DNA from: Octopus sinensis
Taxonomy: Eukaryota
Direction of reading: 5' to 3'
Assembly: GCF_006345805.1 (NCBI RefSeq)
Contig: NC_043013.1
Coordinates: 36,332,001 to 36,396,000, forward strand
DNA length: 64,000 nt
Every line of letters begins with the position of its first letter. The first letter of the stretch is position 1. Positions 12,460 to 26,003 of this stretch are shown in pieces. The translations under genes and the position numbers were made by a program. The notes beneath the pieces are model-generated. The model saw only the letters and a program-made list of their open reading frames with translations. It ran no database searches and was not told the DNA's origin.

Positions 12460-12980
12460 AAGTAAAGAAACTAGTCATCTAAAACATAACACATACTCAC
12501 ATTATTTTATGAATCCTTAAAAAATATCATTACATTATGTTGACACATTTAAATTGCACAGTTTTTAAAAACTGCCCTGGACCTTTATATCATCAAATCA
12601 AGGGTTTAAATCCAACAAAACCCCAAATAGTTAAAACTACTGGTATATCCTCTACCTACCTTTATCCTTTTTCTGAATCACTAAAAAATAATCCCATGAC
12701 CTGAAGCTGTCACGCCTAAATATACGCACTTCCTTACATAGTTCTAAATGCATGAATAAATTCTGAACAATAGCATGATACCTAATTGATCGATAATGAT
12801 TTCTCAAAAATACCTCTCCGTCACAACCCATTCTACATCATAAGTACCACTCCACTCGAACCCACACAACCAAGTAAGATTTTAACTCAACAAAGTCTAT
12901 ATAAAAACAAGGCTAACTCCAATACGTCACAGTCTGATGATGGCTTGAAGTCACTGTCAGTAATATTCTTGTTGAAGAAT
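12460..12980 (+). mobile_element. Possible Penelope-like element 3' relic with deleted hammerhead motif
   Basis: NIRTSLHSSKCMNKF* (12719-12766) loosely resembles PLE C-termini (N.R..L.S.C..NKF); tatataaaa box, then ACAGU-CUGAUGA-UGGCUUGAA-GUC-ACUGU (12929-12957). Confidence 0.35.
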
Positions 12981-12992
12981 AATATATATACC

Positions 12993-13037
<45 letters not shown>

Positions 13038-13152
13038 CCCCAACACCACACACATATATATATTAATATATATATATACATGCAGATGCATACATGCATT
13101 AATATATAGATATACAAACACACATATACATATACACACACAAACACATGTG

Positions 13153-13183
<31 letters not shown>

Positions 13184-13319
13184 CATACATATACAAATAT
13201 ATATAGACAAATATAAGCAAATATATAGCTATACAGATGGATCTGAAGATGCATATATATATATATATATATATATAAATATACAAACACACATATACAT
13301 ATACACACATAAACACATG

Positions 13320-13350
<31 letters not shown>

Positions 13351-14296
13351 ACACACAAATATATATAGATAAATATAAGCAAATATATAGCTATATAGAA
13401 TGGATCTGAAGATGAATTTCTGTTTGTGCAAATATTTTTCAGCTTGAAGGATATAGAATTAAGTGCTGCAGGCTATCACTGTTAATGTGTTGAGCAGGGC
13501 ATAAATTTTAATCAATCTAAATTGTGACAGTAATGAGAAGGAAATTTATTATCGTTAATGAAAAGTAACCTCAAAAAGTGCAAGGGAGAGAATTCTAAAA
13601 ATTCAAATTAGCCGAAAAATATTTAAATAGAGATACTCAGAAGGGAAATGTGTGAGTCAGACATTGGGTAACTATGGTAACAATTCCAGACAGATTTCTG
13701 TCTTATTATATTTCCTGAAGGTAGCATTATAGACTCAAAGAGAATTATGGATAATGTGAAAGATTAGCAGGGGTAGATAAAGATATAATATATATATATA
13801 TATTCAGACATTTTTTCATGTATATATTTTTAGATACAGTTACATAATTCTCTGCATGTATGTATATATACACATACAAACACATGCATAATTACAGGAA
13901 TGACAGTATAAATATATAAAGAGGAATGCATATATATATATATATATGTTTATATGTATATATGCAGTGTGTATGTATGTATTCACATATGCATGCTGAG
14001 AAAGCAGACTTTTAACCAGGGTATATTAAGAATATAAACAAGAAGATATTCCACATAATTATAAACATTTAAATAAATCATGCAATGCCAGAAATAAATG
14101 GTGTTTATATCCACATATCTAAATATAAATATCTGTGTATATATGCATATGTACATACATTTATATATGTTTATATCTATGCGCATATGCATACGAATGT
14201 ATATATTTTACATACATACATATATATATATATATATACAATACATCTATGTATATATATAGTTAATTATATGTATATATATAGTTATATATATGA

Positions 14297-14336
<40 letters not shown>

Positions 14337-14982
14337 TACATGTATATATCTCTCGCGTCCTCTCTCTATATATATATTATACATATATATAATATATGTC
14401 TCTCTGTAATCTATATATATATATATATACACATATTATGTATACACATATATGTATACACATACATATATGTTAAATATATATGTGTGTGTGTGTCTCT
14501 CTCCTCTCTCTATATATATATATATGTATGTGTGTGTGTGAGAGAGAGAGAGAGAGGAAAGAAGAGAGAGAGAGAGACAGAGAGAGAGAGAATGTGTGTA
14601 TATATAAATACATTTTTTCTTCAAATTTCCCTTAAAAATATGCTTTTGAAGTTTGAACAAATACGCTTAATATTGCATTAGGGATCCTTGACGGGAAACT
14701 GGCACACAGATCACCCCAAAACTGCATTTCCCAATCTTTCTCAAAACTTCTCATCATAAATCCTTTACCTTCCTCCCTGCTTCTCTCCTCCTCTTCCTCC
14801 TCCTCCTCCTCCTCCTCCTTCCCTTTGTCAACATTATGAATGTAAAAAAAAAATAATCATATTAAAATGTAACTATCACATTACACTTTATATCTGCATA
14901 TATATGTACGTATATATATATATAAATATGCGTGTGTGTCTGTATATATGTATATATATATATATGTGTGTGTGTGTATATA

Positions 14983-15021
<39 letters not shown>

Positions 15022-15069
15022 TATATATATACACATATACATATACGTGCAAACACATATATAAATGTT

Positions 15070-15102
<33 letters not shown>

Positions 15103-15393
15103 CACATATATATATATATACACATATGCATATACACATATATATGCATATGTGTGTGTGTGTATGTATATATCTATTCATATATATATATATATGCATA
15201 TATTTAATGATAGATATTTATATATGTATATATAAAAATATCTGTTTATGTATTCATATATTTATGCATATATACATATATTTATATACATATATATAAA
15301 CACACACATATATATATATATACATGCATATCCTTATGCATATATATTTGTGTATGTGTGTATGTATATCTCTCTTTATATATATATACATGC

Positions 15394-15427
<34 letters not shown>

Positions 15428-15863
15428 TCTAAATAGATAGGTAGATAGATAGATAGATACATACATACATACATACATACATACATACATAGACAGATAC
15501 ATAGATAGATATTATATTATTTTGTATAAATTTTCAACATTTTTTTAATATATTTTGAAATATATTTAAATATAATCTGTTTTTGTTTTCCCTTTTCCAT
15601 TTGTTTTACAGGTGTTTTTTAAACGTTTTTTCATGTCATATACAGCAAGCGTGGATTTTGTTTGGGTACATGCAAGTTTCATCTCTTATTTTCATTATTT
15701 AACCCTCTTAAAGCATATTTTGCCTGATTGTATTTCTATGTCTATATGCTTGTGCATAATGTGCACATGTCTATACACACATATACACATATATACACAT
15801 ATATGTGTATGTGTTTTAATATGTATATATATGCATAAATGAATATATATATATATAAATGTG

Positions 15864-15898
<35 letters not shown>

Positions 15899-16230
15899 TA
15901 TGTATATATATACATACATTACAATATATATTATATATATTGGTTTATGCTTGTGTATATGTTTAGGCACGCTTTCACTGTAAATATATATTGGATTGGG
16001 TGTCTTTATATATATATTTAATTACATTATTTCAAAGTACATACAGACACACACCTTAACACAGGCATATGCATACACACAGAAATTTTAGATATCCATA
16101 AATATATACATACATAGATACACACATATATATATGTATATATGCATGCATGTATGTATGTAAGTGTGTACGAAATGTACTCTTATAAGTATATATTTTA
16201 TGTATATATATACATATGTGTATGTGTTTG

Positions 16231-16291
<61 letters not shown>

Positions 16292-16594
16292 ACATGAATG
16301 CATATACACAAAGACATCATTGCTTATCTGCTTATGTTTAAATAAAATTTGTAAATGATAAAAAATATTTTTAAAAAAAGCAGGTAAACAAGGTATAATT
16401 TTGTCAGAAACATGAAAAAGAAAATACAAAAAAAAAATCCTTCTATACATATCATCATCATCGTTATCATCATCGTCATCATCATCATCATCGTCATCGT
16501 CATCATCACACAGCTATGTACATACAGATGTATGTATTTATGCTGTATATGTATATAATATATATACATATATATATGTATATATATATATATG

Positions 16595-16666
<72 letters not shown>

Positions 16667-17103
16667 CTTATATATCTATATGTACACATACACAGACATG
16701 TATACACACATGTACATACATACACCTTTCTAGATGCGAATGCATTATAATCAAAATCTCCGCCTGTTTCGAAAGAGGAATATTCATGTTGTATTGTGTT
16801 TGTGGTGCTAAGTTATATATAATTTCATCATGACATATACTTTCAAACTGCTTAATGTTTTTTTGATAAATAATAAACACAATGGATGTGTAAGATTTGT
16901 TAATTCTGTGATATTACATCATGGTCTGGCGGAATATTTTTTTTCTGTTTAACAAAATTTCATAAATAGATATTTTTTTCTCTTAATAATAGTGTATGTT
17001 TTTTCTGACTTGTTTTGTAATTGTAATTTTTCCTACATTTGTTTGTTGATGATAATAGTAACAACAATAACAACAACAACAACAATAATAATAATAATAA
17101 TAA

Positions 17104-17145
<42 letters not shown>

Positions 17146-17160
17146 CAACAACAACTGATA

Positions 17161-17289
17161 GGGGCTGTGATAAGGGTGGAGCACTTGCAGAACACAGCAC
17201 TGCTTGGAACTGCTCGAATATTCCGGAGCGTGCTCGAAAAACAAGTGTTGTTACCTTAGTTCACTGGTAGTTAGAAACTGTGCAAAGGC
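17161..17289 (+). mobile_element. R4/Dong-type (restriction-like endonuclease) LINE 3' end within (TAA)n
   Basis: Translates GAVIRVEHLQNTALLGTARIFRSVLEK (LQK.ALLGTARI motif); TAA repeats on both sides; homologous to 29758-29932. Confidence 0.75.
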
Positions 17290-17344
17290 AATAATAATAA
17301 TAATATAATAATAATAATAATAATAATAATCTTAATAAAAACTG

Positions 17345-18226
17345 TTTCTAATTTTTGCCACAAGGGGAGCATTTTTTGAGGGGCAATGAAGGGATGAGTC
17401 AATTACATCGACCCCCCCCCCCGCCACAAGTGCTCAACTAGTACTTATTGTATTGACCCCAAAAGAATGAAAGGCAAAGTCGACCTCAGTGGAATTCGAA
17501 CTCAGAACGCAGCGATAGGTGAAATACCACTAAGCATTTCACCCAGGCGCTAACAATTCTCCCAGTTCGTTGCCTTTAGACAACTGAATAATAATAATCC
17601 TTCCTATTATAGGCACAAGGCCTCAAATTTGGGTGGGGGAAGAGGACTAGTCGAGTACATTGACTCCAGTGTTTCACTGGGGCCTAATTTATTTATCCAG
17701 AAAGGATGAAATGCAAAGATGACCTCAACGGTTGACTAAGTCTTTTGCCCAGCATGCTAATCATCCTGCCAGCTCACCACTTTAATACTAATAACAATAA
17801 GGGGATGGTGTAAGTCAATTACATTTACCCCAGTGCTCAACTGCTACTTATTGTATTAACCCTGAAATGATGAAAGGCAAAATTGATCTTGGTGGATTTG
17901 AACTCAGAACATTGAGACAGATGAAATGTTGCTAAGCATTTTTACTTGCTGTGCTAATGGTTCTGCCAGTTTGCTGCCTTAATAATAACAATAATAATAA
18001 TAATAATAATGATCCTCTTTACTGTAGACACAAGGCCTGAAATTTTGGGTGGAGGGGACTAGTTGATAACATCAATCCCAGTGCTCAACTGGTACTTATT
18101 TAATCAACCTGGACAGGATGAAACGCAAAGTTGACCCTGATGGAATTTGAACTCAGAACATAGCAACAAGCAAAATACCGCTAAGCATTTTGTGCAGTAT
18201 GCTAATGCTTCTGCCAACTCACAGCC

Positions 18227-18230
<4 letters not shown>
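17345..18230 (-). mobile_element. Four tandem SINE family D copies (about 17345-17578, 17592-17782, 17800-17982, 18012-18228)
   Basis: Each shows gatgaaaggcaaagt(c/t)gacc...ggaatttgaactcagaac...ctaag; separated by short (TAA)n or spacers. Confidence 0.85.
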
Positions 18231-18283
<53 letters not shown>

Positions 18284-18304
18284 TTTCAAATTTTGCAGTC
18301 TTTA

Positions 18305-18642
18305 TTCCAGGTCTTTACATTCTGAGTTCAAATCCTGCTGAGGTTAACTTTGCCTTTCATTCTTCTGGGGTTGATAAAATAAAATACTGGTCAAGTACTG
18401 GAATCATCTTGCTCCTCCTCTCAAAATTATTGGCATTGTGCCAAACTTAGAAAGAATTATCAGTATTATTATCATTTCATTTTAAAGCGGACAAAATACT
18501 TAGTGGCATTTCACCTGTCACTTTGTTCTGAGTTCAAATTCCACCAGGGTTGACTTTGCCTTTCATCCTTTTGGGGGGTCAATAAAACAAGTACTAGTTA
18601 AACACCTTTTCCTCAAAGTTGCTGCCCTTGTGGCAAAATTTG
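18305..18642 (+). mobile_element. Two SINE family D fragments (about 18305-18452, 18485-18642)
   Basis: ttctgagttcaaat...actttgcctttcat core twice; tail ccttgtggcaaaatttgaaac. Confidence 0.8.
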
Positions 18643-18941
18643 AAACATATATGTATGTATATGTGTGTTTGTATGTATGTGTATGTTTGTGTGTCTCTGT
18701 TCCCCCCCCCCTGCCCAGCACCATTGCTTGACAAAGCAATGTATGAAGCTTGTCCACCTTCAGATTTCAGCCTATGCTATCCAGTTGTAGTATTATACGT
18801 ACTTCCAGGTTTGCATTTGAACATCTGTCATGTGTGAATAGATAACTGGAAAAATTTGGAGTCAAGATGAAAGAGTATGACTGGACATTTATAAATGTCC
18901 AACCATACTCCTTCTTGCTAACTCCAAATATTTTCTATTAT

Positions 18942-18980
<39 letters not shown>

Positions 18981-18994
18981 TTTTGGGGGGGGAA

Positions 18995-19374
18995 GCACTC
19001 CGTCGGTTACAAAACGAAGGTTCCGGTTGATCCGAATCAATGGAACAGCCTGCTCGTGAAATTAACATGTAAGTGGCTGAGCACTCCACAGACACGTGTA
19101 CCCTTAACGTAGTTCTCGGGGATATTCAGCGTGACACAGAGAGTGACAAGGCCGGCCCTTTGAAATACAGGTACAACAGAAACAGGAAGTAAGAGTGAGA
19201 GAAAGTTGTGGTGAAAGAGTATAGCAGGGATCACCACCATCCCCTGCCGGAGCCTCGTGGAGCTTTTAGGTGTTTTCGCTCAATAAACACTCACAACGCC
19301 CGGTCTGGGAATCGAAACCGCGATCCTATGACCGCGAGTCCGCTGCCCTAACCACTGGGCCATTGTGCCTCCAC
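18995..19374 (-). mobile_element. Young tRNA-derived SINE (family C/OR1-like head)
   Basis: Minus strand gtggaggcacaatggcccagtggttagggcagcggactcgcgg...ggtttcgattccc (A and B boxes), CpG-rich; tail shared with the 22425 and 45075 copies. Confidence 0.85.
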
Positions 19375-19389
19375 ATATATATATATATA

Positions 19390-19565
19390 TATCACTAGCC
19401 ACTACACATTCCTTATTTTCTCTCCTTGTTTCTTTCTGTGTTCCTTCGTATGGAAGAGTGTAGGCTCGAAACGTTAAAGACTTTTCACTTCCTGAGCATT
19501 ATACTAATACATCTGTTTGTTGTCTACATCACATGTCTTCGTCTGTTGTTTTTTTGCAAATTCTC

Positions 19566-19570
<5 letters not shown>
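19390..19570 (+). mobile_element. Short microsatellite-embedded element with hammerhead 3' half
   Basis: gagt-gtag-gctc-GAAACGTT-aaag at 19456-19479; 5' core decayed; flanked by (TA)n. Confidence 0.45.
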
Positions 19571-19610
<40 letters not shown>

Positions 19611-20200
19611 ATATGTATGTATGTATGTATATGTATGTATTATAGATGGATAGATGAGTAGATAGAGAGATACATGCACATTTAAAATAAGGACACAACT
19701 GGGTTTTAAAGGTTCATAACAGCTGTTTCTGCAATGTTTCTTTATTGATGATGGCATAGCTAGAGCCAGCCACATGTTGGATCTATAACTTGCATTGAAT
19801 TGTCGTGAATATACGTGTGTGTGTGTGTGTGTGCACATGTGTGTATGATACTTATCTCCAATATTAAGAAAGCTGTAAACTTTAATTTGCTGCTTTTGTA
19901 TAGAAATACTAAGAACAAATCTTGCAGAACAGACTTTATTTTAACGAGATACATCTTGTAATCATCTAAAGAGATGCTTCTACTCTAAGCCAGATGTTCA
20001 ATATCCTACTCATGAGGGATCGATGCTAGATTGGTCAAAACAATTGTAGTGACCAATAAACATTCTTATATCTTCCATCTCCTTCATTATTCAAATTCTC
20101 AAACAACACTGCTAAAATGAACATGCTTTAATCGTAAACTATCAGGTGCATACCATATGATTTATTAACTAATGATATATAATATATATATATATATATA

Positions 20201-20519
20201 GGCACAGGAGTGGCTGTGTGGTAAGTAGCTTGCTAACCAACCACATGGTTCCGGATTCAGTCCTACTGCATGGCACCTTGGGTGAGTGTCTTCTACTATA
20301 GCCTCAGACTGACCAAAGCCTTGTGATTTGGTAAATGGAAACTGAAAGAAGCCTGTCGTATATATATATATATTTATAAATTAGAAAAAAACACCTTTCA
20401 TCAATTAAAAATTAAAAATTAAATTACAAAAATTAAAAGGTGTTTTTTTCTAATTTGTGAAATTGATTTGGTATTTCTAAATTGAATTTTTCCCTGTAAG
20501 TTTGGAATAATATTCCCTC

Positions 20520-20575
<56 letters not shown>

Positions 20576-20830
20576 CATATATATATACATATACATATAT
20601 ATGTATATGTGTGTATATGTTTGTGTATCTGTGTTTGTCCCCACCAACATCACTTGACATCCAATGCTGGTGTGTTTACATCCCTGCAACTTAGCGGTTT
20701 GGCAAGAGAGACCAAGTACTAGGCTTACAAAGAATAAGTTCTGGGGTCAATTTCTTCGACTAAAGGTGGTGCTCCAGCATGGCCACAGTCAAATGACTGA
20801 AACAAGTAAATGAATAAAAGAATAAAAGAA
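20201..20830 (+). mobile_element. SINE family A with about 150-bp insertion in its internal microsatellite
   Basis: Head 20201-20360, insert about 20373-20527, tail 20620-20830. Confidence 0.85.
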
Positions 20831-20847
20831 TATATATATATATGTGT

Positions 20848-20894
<47 letters not shown>

Positions 20895-21669
20895 TGTATG
20901 TGTGTGTATGTATGTATTTATGTATGTATATGTATGTGAGTATACAATATGCATCTTTCGGGCTTTGTCTTTCAAATCTACTCACAAGGCTTTGGTTAAC
21001 CTTGTAGAAGACAGTTGCCCAATGTTTCACACAACAAAACAACCCAAAATCACGTGCTTGGGGAAGGACAGAATTTTTTTGAAGTCAGAGTTTTGATAAT
21101 CGTGATTGTAGGAGTATTGATGAAGAGTAATAAATCGTTGACGTTGTTTGATTCCAGAAAAATCCGACTCGCAGAAAGCAATAAACTGAGACATTACAAA
21201 ACCAGAAAACAAGCCAGTTCAAGAAATCACATGAAATACCCCAGATACTCGAGATATCAATGAACTATGAAATCTATTGGTAAAAATCAGATAAAATATA
21301 ATTATCTCACTGCTATGAGGGATAAGTGAACATGCAGAGATAAAAGTTAAAGAATTATTATGCAGAAAAAAAAGACAAAGAAGCTAAATGGGAAATGACA
21401 ATATCAAAGAGAAAGATATATCGGTATTCTTAAAAAAAAAAAAAGTGTGATGATGGGTGGGGAGAAGAGAAAAAGATATATATGTGGGAAAAAAAAAAAG
21501 GAAAATGGAATTCATGTCTAGCTGGCAATATAACAAGATATCTACAAATAAATAAATGAATGATATCGAAAATGAATAACATTTGAATAGTTGAGAAATA
21601 ACTGGAACAGCAAAATGGAATAATAAATCTTAGGCAGAAAATTAGAAGATATGTTAACAAAAAAAAAAA

Positions 21670-22420
21670 GATGATATATGATAATAATCATCATCATCAT
21701 CATCATTGTCGTTGTCATTGTTGTCGTCATCATTGTTATCATCATTATTACAACCACAAAAACAACCATCATTATCATCGTCAGCGTCATCAGCGTAGAT
21801 ATCATTGTTATCATCATCATCATCATCATCATTAGTATTGTCACCACCATCATCGTTATTGTTGTCATCATCATTGTTGCCATCATCATCATCATCATCA
21901 CAACCACTATGACCACCATCGTCATCAGTGTAGATATCATTGCTATCATCATCATCATCGTCATTAGTATTGTCACCACCATCATCGTTATTGTTGTTAT
22001 CCTCATTGTTGCCATCATCATCATCATCATCACAACCACTATGACCACCATTGTCATCAGTGTAGATATCATTGCTATCATCATCATCATCATTACTATT
22101 GTCACCACCATCATCGTCATTGTACACAAATCACCACCACTGTTACAACCACCATCACCACCACCACCATCATCATTATCAGCATCATCCTCATTGTATC
22201 ATTTCAACATCATTATCACCATTACAGTCATCGCTAACATCAACATGATCATTGCCACCATTGTCATCATCATTCATATAGTTGTCATCATCAACATCAT
22301 CATTATCATCATCATCAGTATCATCAACACCAGCATCATCAGCATCAATATCGCCATCGTCGTCGTCGTCATCATCATCATTATCATCATCATCATCATC
22401 ATCATCATCATTATCATTGG
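21670..22420. repeat. (ATC)n-derived compound microsatellite with three 132-135-bp higher-order units
   Basis: gtagatatcatt recurs at 21795, 21930 and 22062. Confidence 0.9.
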
Positions 22421-22424
22421 AGGT

Positions 22425-22790
22425 GGGCTTTCAATACGTTGTCAACGTCTGAATCAGCCTGGCTCTCAGTCGGGTTACAAAGATGAGTGCTACCATCAAC
22501 ACCATCAACGGCACATCCTGCTAGCGAAATTAACGTGCAACTGGCTGAGTGCTCCACAAACACACACATACCTTTGACATAGTCATCAGTGAGATCCAGC
22601 ATAACACAGGATGTAACAAGGCTGGCCCCCATTGAATCACAGGTACAACTTGTTTTAGCCAGCTGAGCAGTCTGGAGCAACACGAAATGAAGTGTCTTGC
22701 TCAAGAATGCAATGCACTACTGGGAAATGAACTCACAACCTTGCAATCGGGAGCTGAATATTCTCGCTGCTTAGCTATGTGCTTTCACTA
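22425..22790 (-). mobile_element. SINE family C, degenerate
   Basis: gaaattaacgtgcaactggctgagtgctccac tail and gaagtgtcttgctcaag core. Confidence 0.75.
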
Positions 22791-23228
22791 AGGTCTGAAA
22801 TAGTTCTTGCATGAAATTACTGTCCTCTTAGATGGACTGGAAAATTATGGCTCACCAATAAACCTTTTAATTTTAGCATTGTTTTTACTGCAAGTTACCA
22901 TTTCTAAGGACAATCGTTTTATGGAGTATTCCAGATGCATTTTATCGTGGGAACAATATCAAAGAAGTTTTCATGCCTTCGGCAAAAATATAAGAGAACA
23001 TTCTACTCTTTGTTGTTTCTGTTTATTCAAAGCAAAAATGTAAAGCGGGCACAAATACGAGAAGGAATAATGATAGAGAACTAGTGCAAGAGAATTCATG
23101 GAAAGGAAGCATGAGTATATACACATTTATTTGTATATATATATATATATGTGTATATATATACATATACAGATCTATATATATATACATACATACATAC
23201 AAACATGTATACATACATGTATACATGC

Positions 23229-23273
<45 letters not shown>

Positions 23274-23912
23274 GTGTGTGTGTGTGTGTACATATATATA
23301 TAGGGAAAGGTAAAAATCAAGGAAAATGCACACTAAGTATAAAAGTAATGGCTCTTTTAAAAACAAAAACAAAGATATATACATAAAAATAAATGAACCT
23401 GCATTAAGACATATTTCAAGGGTTGGAAACTGTTTCTGTTATGTATATATATATATATATATATGTGTGCATGCTGAGAGTCATATTGTTTTGGAGTTAG
23501 TCTTGCAAAACTTTTGATCTGATGCTGTTCAGAAGCATGTAGTGCTACATTTTAGAAGGGTCATATTTTTTGAAACCTATAACCACTTGCCTTTGTTGTT
23601 CGTTTTTGTTTTTTTTTAGTTTATTTCATTCTGTTTTACTTTCCATGGAAATTTATCATCTCACTATCCCTGTGGTCTCAGTAGTCTTAGATTCTCATCA
23701 GTAGAAAGTGTGTGAGAGGATGAAGTTTTTGATTTATTATATAATCTTATATTTCTTTTGCTTCCCTTTTTGCTACCAATATAAGAAATTGTATGTGTGT
23801 GAAGTTGATTTTAATTAATTTAGCCTTATTGCATCCTTATTTTTGTATTACTGTATTACTATGTTGGAGCTGAAACGTTTTGTTACATTGCTCATTCTTT
23901 TCTATTGAGTAA

Positions 23913-24078
23913 AAGCACCCACTACACTCACAGAGTGGTTGGCATTAGGAAGGGCATCCAGCCGTAGAAACACTGCCAGATCTGACTGGGCCTGATGAAG
24001 CCTTCTGGCTTCACAGACCCTAGTTGAACCGTCCAACCCATGCTAGCATGGAAAACAGATGCTAAATGATGATGATGT
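23913..24078 (+). mobile_element. SINE family B 3' part
   Basis: gagtggttggcattaggaagggcatccagcc...cccatgctagcatggaaaacagatgctaaatgatgatg. Confidence 0.85.
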
Positions 24079-24643
24079 ATAGTGGAACTAGTATCTATCT
24101 GCTGTGTTTATTCAACCCCTTTGAATGTTTGGAAATAATTTTTACTTCTGCATATTTATTGATCTAATGTGCTTCCATATGACATGTTGATGGTGAATGG
24201 TTGCTTACTACCTTCCATTACATTCTCCTCAGTTTTCTGCGATCTTTTCACCTAAGCTGCGGACTATTCCCAATTGGTCCAGTCTTCCATTCAATCAAGG
24301 TGGAGTGTTGGTCTGCTTACCTACCTAGTGGGGGTGGTGTCATTTGAAGGCTAAAACAATACAAAAGTGGTCACATGATCATGTAATTTATATATATATA
24401 TATATATATAATAAACACATACATTTAATACACATACACACACATTCACGTATATAAACATATATATAGCACTGGATTTACTATTGTTCTTAGGTGTGCT
24501 TAATCACAATGATGACCCCCATCATCCTGCCCTCAAATTTTTTTATGATGACTTTCTTGAGTGTGTATGTCTGACTGTCCAAGTAAGAAGCCTCATAACT
24601 TATCTAGTACAGGGCTTCATTTTGTCCTAAATTTGGCACTACG

Positions 24644-24675
<32 letters not shown>

Positions 24676-24679
24676 GTAT

Positions 24680-25038
24680 TATTTGTTTCAGTCATTTGAC
24701 TGTAGCCAGGCTGGAGCACTGCCTTTAGTCAAACAGATCAATCCCAGGACTTATTGTTTGTAAGCCTAGTACTTATTCTATCGGTCACTTTTGCTTAACT
24801 GCTAAGTTATGGGGATATAGACACACCAACATCAGTTGTCAAGTGATGTTGGGGGGACAAATACACACACACACACATATATATGCGGTGGGCTTCTTTC
24901 AGTTTCCATCTACCAAATCCACTCACAAGACTTTGGTCAACCCGAGGCTATAGTGGAAGACACTTGCCACGTAGTGGGACTGAACCCAGAACCACGTGGC
25001 TGGTAAGCAAGCTACTTACCACACAGCCACTCCTGAGC
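24680..25038 (-). mobile_element. SINE family A, near full length
   Basis: Tail ttgtttcagtcatttgac to head cacagccactcctgag. Confidence 0.9.
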
Positions 25039-25611
25039 CTATAAATACATGCATACATATGTGTATATGATGTGGAAAAGCTTTTGTGCATCAGAATCGT
25101 TTTTTTTCGATACACTGATATTTTCGATATATTGATATTCCACACTCATATATCTAAGACAACAAGGAATAGAAAAGACTAAGATTAAATGATGTTTGAA
25201 CCCGTGATGTCAAAGTCAATCACGAAGAGATAGTAGCTTTGTAAATTCACATCTGCCAAATTGCAAAATCCTCCGATCAGTCACTTGGACAAAACCCTGG
25301 AGAGAATATAAAACGCTACCTTGTTATATTTCTCAGAGACTAATTAGGAGAAGCCGCCACTCAGCACAAATGATTTATCCCATGGTAATTCTCTCTTAAT
25401 TACAAAGTTTAATTCATCTTCACCTTCATGTTGTTATGGAGACTTGTAAAAACCTAATAATGATTTTTTTTTTCTCTTGACATAGACATAGCAACAAAGC
25501 ATTTCTGTATCTCAGTCTATCATCTCCAGAAGCTATGATCTAAAAAAAACAAAAAGAAAAAAACATTGATACATTGAAACGAATGCCACACACTGCAAAA
25601 ATATATGCATA

Positions 25612-25958
25612 TACTCTTTTACTTGTTTCAGTCATTTGACTGCGGCCATGCTGGAGCACCGCCTTTAATCGAGCAACTCGACCCCGGGACTTATTCTTTT
25701 GTAAGCCCAGTACTTATTCTATCGGTCTCTTTTGCCAAACCACTAAGTAACGGGACACAAATACACACACGCATATATATATATATACATATATACGACA
25801 GGCTTCTTTCAGTTTCCGTCTACCAAATCCACTCACAAGGCTTTGGTCGGCCCAAGGCTATAGTAGAAGACACTTGCCCAAGATGCCACGCAGTGGGACT
25901 GAACACGGAACCATGTGGTTGGTAAACAAGCTACTTACCACACAGCCACTCCTGCGCC
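25612..25958 (-). mobile_element. SINE family A, internally deleted
   Basis: Tail and head present; segment between gtaacgggac and the microsatellite missing. Confidence 0.9.
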
Positions 25959-26003
25959 TATCAGGGCATGTATAAACAAGCTACTTACCACACAGCCACT
26001 CCT

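Noticed and set aside
15612-15720. Strong plus-strand acceptor ttgttttacag|
   Set aside because: Followed by T-rich low-complexity sequence with no good donor.
18995-19374. tRNA-Arg gene
   Set aside because: Only a tRNA-like head without a complete acceptor stem, continuing into a SINE body.
19990-20115. Minus-strand exon candidate (VLFENLNNEGDGRYKNVYWSLQLF)
   Set aside because: All frames hit stops before a credible donor.
21040-21262. Possible R4-type LINE C-terminal relic
   Set aside because: Only vague similarity across frames; no motif I can support.
25337-25384. 48-bp plus-strand exon candidate (RLIRRSRHSAQMIYPM)
   Set aside because: Acceptor and donor are only modest and there is no corroborating homology; it could equally be a TAATTA-rich regulatory patch.
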